39,596 nucleotides of DNA, taken from contig NC_068983.1 of NCBI RefSeq assembly GCF_001194135.2, positions 125,021,557 through 125,061,152 on the forward strand. The letters are read 5' to 3'. Under the pieces are notes generated by a model. The model was given only the letters and a program-made list of their open reading frames with translations, was not told the DNA's origin and made no database searches. Below, piece after piece: positions 1-10,414 of this stretch (its first letter is position 1; each line of letters starts with the position of its first letter). The translations under genes were made by a program, and so were the position numbers. Source of the DNA: Octopus bimaculoides. Lineage: Eukaryota.

Positions 1-70
<70 letters not shown>
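1..70. repeat. (TA)n followed by (GA)n microsatellite
   Basis: Direct reading of the sequence. Confidence 0.98.
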
Positions 71-71
<1 letters not shown>

Positions 72-120
72 ATAAAGGATTCGCGAATGCTAGAAGGCCA
101 TGAGAATCGGATATATACCC

Positions 121-215
121 TTTCAGTTTAAATAACATTGAGGTCAGTTTTGCCTTTCATCCTTTTGGGGTCGATAAAATGAAGTACTAGAAATTTATCG
201 TGCCCTCCTCTAATT
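121..215 (+). mobile_element. Fragment of octopus tRNA-derived SINE family A (core only)
   Basis: GAGGTCAGTTTTGCCTTTCATCCTTTTGGGGTCGATAAAATGAAGTACTAG matches the core shared by the copies at 6257, 14336, 16281 and 18062. Confidence 0.75.
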
Positions 216-438
216 ATTGACCTTGCCTTGAATGATGTATACTGATACTCTTTACCCGAAAGGGAATATATAGTTTCTTTTTTTTTTAAATTGAGGTATA
301 ATGCCAGCAATTCTGAAGGAAGTGGATTGTTCGATGGTATTGACTAGCGCTTAACTGGTAGTTTGTTTCTGTACCACGGAAAGATGAAAATATTTGAACT
401 CAATATAATAGTACTCAATGTTAAATTTCTTCCTTAAG

Positions 439-530
439 CTGATAACATGTGATGATCAGAGTGTATACATGGTTTACAATTTGGGTAATGTTTGAATATT
501 TGTCTATATTTCCACATCAGGAACAGTTAG
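439..530 (+). repeat. 92-bp arm of an inverted duplication (partner 1303-1394)
   Basis: Reverse complement of 1303-1394 with about 7 mismatches in 92. Confidence 0.95.
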
Positions 531-606
531 TTATATGTAAATCTGAGGGTTTAATAATTACATGCCACAGTGGTAAAACTGTAGTTTGCTGAACATTTTG
601 AGTTTA

Positions 607-926
607 AGATCCAAACCGTTCCTACTAGACGATCTGCCCAAAATCTGATTCAGTTGCCACTAATTCATATAAATTTAAATCATTCAGGATAGATTATACC
701 GACTGGTCGACAGAAAATACCCCCAACAACTTAGCAATGAGTTACTGCGGTTTTATATTTCAATGTAGAAGGATGTGTACAAAGGAAAGAAAAGAGCTCT
801 GAACATTTATATCAAAAACTTAATTACTCACACATTTATTACTCAGGATATCATAGGCACAAATGCGCTCGTCTAATCGACCATGTATCTGCTGATATCA
901 GAGCGATGAGACACGTGCATATTTAA
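607..926 (+). pseudogene. Decayed intronless ORF of unknown function
   Basis: TICPKSDSVATNSYKFKSFRIDYTDWSTENTPNNLAMSYCGFIF, then after one frameshift NVEGCVQRKEKSSEHLYQKLNYSHIYYSGYHRHKCARLIDHVSADIRAMRHVHI*. Confidence 0.4.
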
Positions 927-971
927 ATATATAAATTCAGAAATATACTTATATGTTCCCGCTCATAATTC

Positions 972-1294
972 TTAAAGATTTTCAACTAAAAAGTCATCTG
1001 AAACCCTAAGGAAACTTCCTTGCGTTACACAGCTTGCTTCATCAGGATTCTTGTTTACATTCTGCATTTTTGTCACCCAATCCTTTTTCTCAGTGAATTC
1101 TGTTGATTTCATAGAATCATCATAATGATGATAGCATCAACCCCGCCCCAAACTTTCTAAATTCGCAGTGTTTGTCAAATGCTTTCAAAAATACCCCTTC
1201 CACTCTACTCTGTTTTTACCGTTATTCACAGCCATTCAAAGTGAAAAGCTCTTCAATTGAAACCAAGAAATCTATCGTCGCTGAGAGGATCCAT
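972..1294 (-). pseudogene. Decayed intronless ORF of unknown function, convergent on 607-926
   Basis: ATG at 1294: MDPLSDDRFLGF / SIEELFTLNGCE*R*KQSRVEGVFLKAFDKHCEFRKFGAG / CYHHYDDSMKSTEFTEKKDWVTKMQNVNKNPDEASCVTQGSFLRVSDDFLVENL*. Confidence 0.45.
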
Positions 1295-1427
1295 TCTATT
1301 GTCTAACAGTACCTGATGTGGAAATATAGACGAATATTCAAACGTTACTCAATTTGTAAACCATGTGTACACTCTGATCATCACATGTTATCAGGATCCT
1401 CTCAGTGACGATAGATTTATTGGTTTC
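1259..1427. repeat. Hairpin with 34-bp inverted arms (1259-1292 / 1394-1427) enclosing the inverted copy of 439-530
   Basis: GAAACCAAGAAATCTATCGTCGCTGAGAGGATCC versus GGATCCTCTCAGTGACGATAGATTTATTGGTTTC, 2 mismatches. Confidence 0.95.
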
Positions 1428-2257
1428 CTTATCGTCCGATACTGGGCCACAGTAAGACCCATCATCACACTTATATTGTTCTCTTCAGGCAACTAACTAT
1501 TATTAGACATTTTCTTCTAACCATGATGTGTCACTCTGATTTTCCGTCTCAGACTATGATTTTCGTTCAGACAACAGAGAGAAGAATGAGCGATACGGAT
1601 TAGCAGGAATATCTTTGTGAACTGAACAATTACTGAATAGAATGCGGAGAGACTGGAACTGTCGAAGCATGTGATTAATTCATTACAGAATATACTTTAA
1701 CACCATACTACTTTTAAACGTATTGAGGGACAATATTTATGAAAAATACAACACAAAGTCCATAAGCCATCCAATTAATTGCAATATAGGATACAAGATC
1801 AGTCTATGCAGACAGTTAATAAAAACAATTGTAAGAACATAAATTATAGATTTAGAGGAATAGTGCTCTATAATGGATTAAATTTATCTGAATATGTGAC
1901 ATAAAGTCAGCTACTAAGTTCTCTTAATCTCTACTATATCGAAAACTATAATTCAATGCGAAGAAAAGTAGAGAAAATCCAACAGTAACCAGATAAAACA
2001 CGAGATTTTTTGGAATAATGTTATATAAAAGAACATTCAAACAATTGAAGTTGTAAAGGAAATCAGCCGTAGTTTTAGCAGTAGTAATAATTGACATCAT
2101 TGATTTAATTTGATCGTAGCTTTAAACCAGAGTCATATTCAACCTTCTCTTCAAATAGAAAGACAGTATCTTTATAGTGATGCACATATTCCTCTGGTTT
2201 AGGAGGATCACAAAATAATTTTTGATACCAAGTACTAGTGTTTTTAGTACCAGTACT

Positions 2258-2660
2258 AAATACTAACTTACACACCTTTCCCAATTCTAAATACTAACCT
2301 CTTTACCGATACCAATATAAAATACTATCTTTTTCCACTATAAACAATACCTGGTACTAATCACTTCACCATCACAAACAACAAATGCTAATATCTTTAC
2401 TACCAACGCCAAATGTTATGTTCTTCGCTATTACCATTATCAAAGACGGGCCTCTTCGATAGTACCAATACCAAACTGCTAATATCTGCTATACAAACAA
2501 TGTCAGATGCTGTTCACTTCGTTACTACTAACAACAAATAATAACCTGTTCTCTACAACTGTTACCAAATCCGATCTTTTTCCCAAATAACAACATCAAA
2601 TGTTAATATTATCTCTGTTAACAATACTACACACTAATATTTTCTCTACTAACAACATAT
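2258..2660. repeat. Diverged minisatellite, about 13 units of ~31 bp (approximate consensus AAATACTAATCTCTTCACTACTACCAATACC)
   Basis: Units begin AAAT(A/G)CTAA or similar at 2258, 2289, 2320 and onward, mostly 31 bp apart. Confidence 0.8.
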
Positions 2661-2819
2661 AAAAAAAAATCCTGCATCACCACCACATTCACAAAAACGA
2701 ACAAACAAAATAACAGGATAAATCAGTGGATATCTTTCACTCGTGAGTCACAAACTGTCAACAGATTATGTATTAGAATATCACACAAATAAATACATCG
2801 CAAATAGTGTTAGTGAAAA

Positions 2820-3588
2820 ATGACATTGCCGAGCCTGATAATAAAATACATTAAAGAAACTAAAAAAATTGCACGCATAAAAAATCATCTCACACAGAAC
2901 AAAGAACATCAATATCATGATTGATATACAAAGATAATACTCGGAGAAAGTCTACGTGTAAATAATGAATCTTGTCAACAAATAATAAATCAAACATGTC
3001 TCATATTTATCTGTCAATATAATGTACACGGTGGAAGTGCTGGAATGGACAGTAAAATAGTGTAACATATAAAAAAAAGGAAAGAAAATTATATTCTATA
3101 AGTAACTCAAGATAGAAAAATAAACTGATGAACAAAAATTAGAAGAAAAAAGGAAAAAAAAAAAGAAAATACTTCTCAGTTTAGACGCCAATAATAATTT
3201 GACGTCCATTGTATATGTGAATGAAAGACAGAATAATCAAGAAATGCAACATTAAATCAAAGTAAAAGGAAATTACGGGCGTCTGAAAATTACTACCTCT
3301 CATTGTTACAAACGATTCTCATGTACCAAAAACTTGTATATCGTGAATTTAGTCAAAATAAAATAGAATTGTGTATGACCTCACTATAAAAGTAATATAC
3401 AGATTTTGGGTTACAGCATAAAGATGGAAGGAAAACTTTATGAAGTATAACTGCTTCTACTGAGAGATTGTAGAGTGCAGGACATTGTTAATGCCTGTAC
3501 ATTTTGCACAATTAGCTCAGCAGTGCTGGAAAATACGAAACTGAAGAAATTTAACCAACATTATTTGAAGTATAATGAGATAATATAG
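2820..3588 (+). pseudogene. Decayed intronless ORF(s) of unknown function
   Basis: 2820-3065 MTLPSLIIKYIKETKKIARIKNHLTQNKEHQYHD*YTKIILGESLRVNNESCQQIINQTCLIFICQYNVHGGSAGMDSKIV* (1 internal stop); 3124-3588 is one frame with 4 internal stops in about 155 codons. Confidence 0.45.
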
Positions 3589-3891
3589 TTATAAAAAAAT
3601 CGTTATGACGGTGGGTGGGATAATTTGAAAACATCTCGCATGTCACCGCTTAGTTAGTTAATGTGTGGGTAGATAAATTCGTAGCTCTGTGTTAAGAGGA
3701 TTGCTTTGCGAATATGTTGTTTAGCCTGTTGCGGTACCCTGAATAAGAGTCTTTTTTTAATGTAGTGTCGAGTCGGCCAAAAAGCTTTTCCAGACAAGAA
3801 ATTACAAAATCTGACCTTCGAAGTGTTCATGTAACAATCTAATTTGCATTAACGCTCAACAATTTAGGTACAATCAGAATCTAATAAACTA

Positions 3892-4260
3892 CTACAAGTT
3901 GCCTGCATGTAACGAGTACTTCAATGATGTTTTACTGAGTTTTTTTTTTCTGATTAGATAACCTAGGATATAACTCTATTCATGTTTTTCTGACATAATA
4001 TACCTACGTTACACTTTAATACATTCTTCCAATTTGAAATGGTGCGGTGATTTGGCTGTTGTTTCGATAATGTAGAAACTGTGATTCCTTGTATAGAAGG
4101 AAATTGTCAGTGAAAAGGATATGGATGCCAAAAATCTATGTTGATTAACCAATGTACAGATTTTGCAAGTGTAGATATGTTGCTATCCTATCCTAGAGGT
4201 ATATGCTCCTGATTCCTCAGATAGAAGTAGTAGCTTCAAGGGCAATTGATATTGTTTCAT
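3892..4260 (-). pseudogene. Decayed intronless ORF of unknown function
   Basis: ATG at 4260: MKQYQLPLKLLLLSEESGAYTSRIG*QHIYTCKICTLVNQHRFLASISFSLTISFYTRNHSFYIIETTAKSPHHFKLEECIKV*...; 3 internal stops in about 122 codons. Confidence 0.45.
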
Positions 4261-4851
4261 ATAAATAGATTATTTATTTAAGAATTATTTTATTTATTAC
4301 TGGAGAACTTCAAACGCGTATGATTACATCTATAAATATCTACATATAAGTGTGACTCAAGGCTGATATTCCTGGTTAATATACTTATCATCATTAGATA
4401 TAGACACTAATTTTAGTGAATGACGCTAGTGGGCAAGTGCCTAAATCATGGTTCGTGACTGGGCAGGATAACGAGTCTTCGTCTGAAATCATTAGTGGAC
4501 GGAAGAGTTCCAAATAAAATGCGATTATAAAGATTGTTAAGAGTTACTAGCAAAGACACGCAAAGGTAATTTTAATAAACTTAAACATTGGAAGGTCGTT
4601 AGCATAGACATCATAAATGTCGATTATAAGATAATATTGGAGGATTATTAAAATATAGAAAACAATATCGGGAAATTATTAAAATTCATATTTCTATGAC
4701 GAAGTCAGGTAGTTTAAAAGTAGGAATATTTTCAGGATGTAATTATCATGAAAAAAATCTCCAAAGTATATATAATATACTTCCGTGCAACCGCAACCAC
4801 AGATACATACATATACATACATACATACATACATACATGCATACATACATA

Positions 4852-5525
4852 GGATCTAGTTCAAAACGGGGGCACCAGTATTTTCTTAACGAAACACTTT
4901 GAAACTTGGGACACTGGTAGAATGTGTCATATAAAACTTCTTTTTCTCTTAGTCTTCTTAAGAAAAATTATTATATTAGAATTTATTTCATGTTAGAGTT
5001 GTATTTCTGTAATTTCAACCAATGACTGACGTCCATTCAGCCGAATACATTAAGTGCTGACTACGTAAACAAACGATTCTCAAACGATTCTGGCGGTGAT
5101 AAAAATTATTATTTCCTTGTCAAAAAATGGCTGAAGAATATTGGCAGTAGCTAATAAACCTTTCTATTATAGGCACAAGGCCTGGTTTTTGAGGGAAGGA
5201 GCAAGTCAATTAGAGTTAGGGTTAGGGAAAACGAACACACGTGTGTTGCCTCTCTGCAAAATGTCAGAAGTAATGGAGATTAAATACGCTTTACACCGCT
5301 TAAACTGCCAAAGGAGTAACTGTAAACAGCTGAATACTTGTCAGTGATTGGTTGAAATTATCGAAATAAGACAATTTTTTTACATGAAATTAATTCCAAT
5401 ACAAAATTTTTTTTCTGTTCTATAACACAAAATAGATAAGTATACGAAGTTTGAAAGTCTTTCGGTACCAAAAACACTACATAAAACATAAATGAAAACT
5501 GGTGCCCCCGTTTTGAACTAGATCC
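4852..5525. mobile_element. 674-bp non-autonomous DNA transposon (MITE) with perfect 28-bp TIRs, inserted in (CATA)n
   Basis: GGATCTAGTTCAAAACGGGGGCACCAGT at 4852-4879 and its exact reverse complement at 5498-5525; CATACATA on both flanks; no long ORF inside. Confidence 0.92.
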
Positions 5526-5566
5526 CATACATACATACATACATACATATATATGAAATAGAAAGT

Positions 5567-6089
5567 GCTACTTTCTTAAAATTGGGTACATTTTAATTTT
5601 CCTTTACATAAATACATTAAATGAAGAATGATTTGGTTTTGTTTTACATGTTTCGGTTTTTGAAAAAACTTATCAAAAATATGTGCTAAAATGGAATATG
5701 TAGAGAGAAAAGAGTTATTAATAAAATAAAATTCAAAATTAAAATCAGATTAACATTCATAATTTACTTTCCTTCATAGTTTACTTTTCTGTTTTTCTGC
5801 AAGGTAGTAGTAATTTGTGGTCACAGACAGTTCAACTTGTCATTTCACGAAAATTAACGGAAATTACCACGTGCTCCTGCAGAAAAAGTAAAGTAAACTA
5901 TGAATGTTAATCTTAATTTTAATTTAATTCTATTAATAGCTCTTTTCTCTCTACATATTCCATTTTAGTGCATATTTTTGATAAGTGTTTTTCAAAAACC
6001 GAAACATGTAAAACAAAACAAAAAACATTCTTCTTTAAATGTATTTATATAAAGGAAAATTTAAATGTACCCAATTTTAAGAAACTAGC
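5567..6089. mobile_element. Foldback element / long-TIR MITE (arms of ~210-230 bp, ~5567-5800 and ~5878-6089)
   Basis: The arms align as reverse complements over about 200 bp, e.g. TTTCTTAAAATTGGGTACATTT / AAATGTACCCAATTTTAAGAAA. Confidence 0.9.
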
Positions 6090-6139
6090 TTTTTCGTTCT
6101 TCTTTATCATAAATATCTACTCACTCGAGTGTTACCTCT

Positions 6140-6143
6140 ACAC

Positions 6144-6174
<31 letters not shown>

Positions 6175-6177
6175 GAT
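6140..6177. repeat. (CA)n microsatellite
   Basis: Direct reading. Confidence 0.95.
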
Positions 6178-6256
6178 ATGAATTAATACAAAGTCATTAT
6201 AATTGTTTATTCAAAAGAAATGTTCAACATTACAATATTTAGATGAGGTAGTGAAT

Positions 6257-6455
6257 TGGCGCTATCGATACCGTGCCAGGTAAAATGCTTAGCTGCATTT
6301 CTTCCGACTTTACTCCCTGAGTTCAAATGCCAGCAGAGTCTCAGCTTTGCCTTTCAAACTGTCAGGGTCGATGAAACAGTTGAATACTGGAGTCGATGTA
6401 ATCGATTAATCACTCCCCAGATTTCTGGCCTTGTGCCAAAATTTGAGAGTAATAT
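6257..6455 (+). mobile_element. tRNA-derived SINE family A, diverged full-length copy
   Basis: Head with AAATGCTTAGC and B-box-like GAGTTCAAAT, core CTTTGCCTTTCA..GGGTCGAT, tail GGCCTTGTGCCAAAATTTGA. Confidence 0.9.
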
Positions 6456-6975
6456 TATAATGCATATATTTTGAATGAAAATGATTTTAAGGATTTGTAT
6501 AAAATGCGTTCATTTGTTGTAGGGTAGCTGTGATTAGTAATGAATCAATTTCTTTCTGATCATTTCACTTCACTCACCTATGGTAAGATTAAGGTTATAT
6601 TTTATGACTGAAATCGTAAAATGTGATTACATTCACTATCTGTCGAAGTTGAACGTGATGAACACATTTAATTGCAGTAAAATTTACTATTAAGCTAGAC
6701 TTAGTTATTTTATTTAACTGTTTTCAATACCATTTGCGTGGTCATATTAAATATTGGTTATGATGAAACGGCCTCTGTATTAGTTATTATAAAACTCTAA
6801 GTAATCAGTCTACTTTATTGCTCTGCTCCACTTTTCTTTTAAAATAGAATAAAATTAGATTTTGAAAGGACAAAAGGATTCCATCTTCGTTATCATCTTG
6901 GAAAACTGTAAATAATTTTTACTAAACCTGCGCATTCATCTGATCACTTTAATCGTCACAGTTGCCTTCTCATAA

Positions 6976-7599
6976 AAAATATTGTTTTACCGTATAGTCG
7001 ATAACGCTAATCCATGTTTTATTATGCCGATCTGTTCTAATTGTATGGATTTGAAAAGGATTAAACGCAAAGTGTATCCACGCTGTATGTATGCTCAAAT
7101 AAATAAAGGGGTGCAAGCAAATATTGCAGGGTATTTTCCCGATGGGAGCCGGTTTTCTATTCGACATTGATGTCTAAAAAAATTACTGTGCTTTTTGAAT
7201 CAGGTTTATCCTGGCTAAGAATTCTGTATTGGGAATTAAATTGAAACTGTCAGTAACACAACAGGACACGGAAATGAATCTTGATTTCAAGGATGTCTTC
7301 AGTTTTGTCTATGCTAAACCCGGTGTCTATTCACTTCAGCAAAACGTGAGAGTGAGAGCAAAGCGTTGAATAATTACGTAGTCTATGTCATTGAGCATGT
7401 ACATGGATATTCCATAACTGACGCCAAAGAATATTTGCGCATTGTTAACTCCCAGCGAGATACCGATATGTAATACATTATGACAGAATCAATAACAAGC
7501 CCTGTTTAATTTGTATTTTACATTAGAAATGAGAGACAATATATCAGAAAATCTATTACCTGTTACAGAGCAAGAAACGTATATCTGCGCTGTAATTGA
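6976..7599 (+). pseudogene. Decayed intronless ORF(s) of unknown function
   Basis: Long open blocks: ILFYRIVDNANPCFIMPICSNCMDLKRIKRKVYPRC...; IRFILAKNSVLGIKLKLSVTQQDTEMNLDFKDVFSFVYAKPGVYSLQQNV; ESESKALNNYVVYVIEHVHGYSITDAKEYLRIVNSQRDTDM. Confidence 0.45.
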
Positions 7600-7875
7600 A
7601 GTTAGATGAAATAACGAGATAGCATTGTATCATTGGAATCAGACTTTAATTTCGAAATGTTGTCGTCAGTAGATTCAACGGAATGCATTTTACATTTTTA
7701 CGTCTTCTAATAAAGATAGTTAAATTCTTTTCTGTCATGTGTCCTACAGATACCTACATAAATACATACATACATATTTGTGTGAGAGTTTATACTTCTT
7801 TCTTACTAAACATGCTAGTGCATATATTATTCGCCTCCGAGTATATTCACATATACACTGTGTGTATATGTAAAT

Positions 7876-8040
7876 ATGATTGAAATATATTTAGTGAAAC
7901 TACGTCGGTACTCTTTTGCTTGTAATTACGTAGGCGGTCAAAACGGATACACTGATGATAATGCTGATGTTGGATCATCCGTCACTATCGACGCTGACCA
8001 TTTGAACCGACTCAACATAATAAACATGTGGAAAACATGA
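7876..8040 (+). CDS. 54-aa ORF of unknown function (below the ORF-track cutoff)
   Basis: MIEIYLVKLRRYSFACNYVGGQNGYTDDNADVGSSVTIDADHLNRLNIINMWKT*; locally CpG-richer than the flanks. Confidence 0.3.
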   Translation: MIEIYLVKLRRYSFACNYVGGQNGYTDDNADVGSSVTIDADHLNRLNIINMWKT

Positions 8041-8484
8041 AACAAAAAATTACCGCTCAAAACCACCCGATTATTTGTGCTAACTTGGAATTTAATAATG
8101 ACTTCCTTGCTCGAACACGGCGTGTGCTAATTTTCCTTCGGTTAACATATTGCATATTGCATTTTCTTGACCGTTTTCAAAAATCCTTCCTCTGAAAACG
8201 ACATATCTGAAAAGCTGTAGTCTTCCTCAGACATTTTTTCAGTAAGCCGACCCTCCTCTATGAGGAGGAGAAGCACAAATTGCTGCAAAGCAGCACAAAA
8301 CGATTAATCGAAGTGTTGAAACATTGAAACAAAATAAACGATATTAACACTGTGAAAATACCGTCAAAAATGACTCACCTTGCAAAACACCGAAAGTGTG
8401 CTAACGATTATGCCAGCTCGCCGCGTTCGTGATATTTATAATAATAACATATCTAAGAATTCTTTTCAATATACCAATGTATAC

Positions 8485-8596
8485 CATGTTTTTTGTTTGT
8501 TTGTCCGAGGACAAGATGTCTCAAGAATCGTTGGATGAAACTTTCAGGGTTGTTTGACCTAGTAACTGGCACTCACTGCTTAGATTTTGGGACCGA
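8485..8596. repeat. Fragment of a dispersed repeat of unknown class, truncated by the element at 8597
   Basis: TTTGTTTGTCCGAGGACAAGATGTCTCAAGAA..GGATGAAACTTTCAGGG..TTAGATTTTGGGACCGAT resembles, from recall only, an abundant octopus repeat. Confidence 0.4.
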
Positions 8597-10265
8597 TTTT
8601 TTTATTGCCTATAAAAGGTGAAACAAAGAATCTTCCGTCGAATATTACAACACATAAAGACAATACAAACGCGACAAACACAAACTCGGGGAAATAAAAA
8701 TACAAAAAAAGATGAAGTCAGAAGAAAAACTAAAATAACGAATGGTAATATGAAAGAATGAAAAAATGAGAAATGGAAGTGATGTTATCTACCCCATCAA
8801 GTAACATCACTTACTTGCCTTTTCGCCTGTTCCTCATGACATCTATACCATATCGTGTTTTTAGTTGTTCGTATCCAATTTCTTTCGGCAATTTGTCCAT
8901 ATTATAATTAACCTTCCATACGTCAAAATCATCGAATTTTAAAATTTTGTCCAAATGTCTTTCTGTTATCAACATCACTGTAATTTCTCCACACTCGTCG
9001 TCGTTAACGTCCACATAGACTGTATCTTCCCATTTCTCCACTATCTCATGCAGTTCTTTCTCTGCCTCAAAATAAACAATACATGCATAACAATCAGTGG
9101 GAGGGAAGTTTCTAAAACATTGTGTGTGGTGTTCTTCTTTTTTGTTTTCGTGTTGGTGGGGAATGGGTAGGTATAGTGTCTGCAGGAGGAGGGTGGGACG
9201 AAGAGAGTGTGGATGGACATTGGGTGGTTTGGGGTTCTGCATGTGAGAAGCCTACATTCTTCCTTTTTCTTTTCGAACTTTTACTTGCTTTCCACTCCCT
9301 TTCTTATTTTCTTCTTCCGCGGGTATTGTTTCTTCTGTATTCTCTATTTTTTCCTGTTGTTTGTCTTGTAGTAACTCCTGTGTATGCCGTTCTTCAGTTT
9401 CTTTGCTTGTTGGAGAGCAGCTCGCTCTAATGTGGCCCCTCAGGCCACATTTATAACAGCGAGGGATTCTGCCCTCCACCCACACTCTCAGACTTATGTC
9501 GCCTAACGTTATCGTCTCAGCCAGTTTTTCTAGTGTTTTTCTCTCACTTTGAATGTTCACCTCCAATGATTTCCCCTTCCACGTTCCGTCTTCAGTTGAC
9601 GTGGCTTGGATAACAGACACTTTTTCCTCACTTCCGATGAGTACAGCCGCTGCAACCCAAGCCGCTTCCATATCAGGCGGTATTCCTTCTACCCTGACCC
9701 TGGATGTTCTTCTTCCAAGATACATGGTAGAGCGACTACTTTATCCGTCTTCGCCGTTATTATGGCCATCCTTTTTGCTACCTCTTCCGACTTGAACTGT
9801 GCTACTATTGTTCCGAATTTATTGCCTCGTTAAAGGAATATTACATCTTTCGTTACAGTTTTTAACGCCTTTTCTATCGTTTCTATTTCCATGAGTTCCA
9901 CTTTATTTTTTCTGCCGCAGTTACTTTATACGTAATCGTTCTCTTTTCCATGCTTTCCGTTACTTTCTCTGGTGGTGACAGCTTTCCTTCTCCACCGGCT
10001 TTCGTTGCCATTTTCTGATAATCCAACATTTTCGTTAGGTCTACTTCACATGTTTTAACTTCTGTTATTTTTGCAAAGCTCTTTTTCTCCTCTAAAACTT
10101 TATCCATTTTGTGGACCGCCTTTGCAAGTTCATCTTCCAAGGTTGACAATTCTGACCCACTCAGATCAGAATTAAACATATTTTTAGCCATTTGGCATAG
10201 CTAATTCTCTTCAACACAGAGAAAAAGCACCACCGTCAAAAACCTTTACGGTTTGCGCTCTTGTA
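8597..10265 (-). mobile_element. L1/Tx1-like ORF1-only retroelement (HAL1-like), ORF1 disrupted
   Basis: ORF pieces 10191-9883, 9725-9252 and 9242-8811; gag-like CCHC knuckle CYKCGLRGHIRASC; then a ~210-bp U-rich 3'UTR and CAATAAAAAAAA at about 8597-8607; no ORF2 follows. Confidence 0.75.
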
Positions 10266-10414
10266 TCTTGTCTTATCTTTATTTTCATCTGTTATACATT
10301 TTATATAATTTTGTAAAGAAATATTTTATAAAATTATAAAACTTTTACATTTTTTGTATTTTATATTATTAAATTTATCTATTTATATACCATCTTATGT
10401 ATTTATATACTCTC

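Noticed and set aside
662-790. BIR (IAP) domain resemblance in SF....W....TP..LA...GF
   Set aside because: The Cx2C/H/C zinc ligands are not present in the expected spacing.
1005-1050. Possible hammerhead (minus-strand CTGATGA)
   Set aside because: No convincing stem II and no GAAA; the motif lies inside a coding-like frame (NPDEAS).
2258-2660. CRISPR array or mucin-like coding repeat
   Set aside because: There are no alternating constant repeats and unique spacers, and the context is eukaryotic; the 31-bp period is not a multiple of 3.
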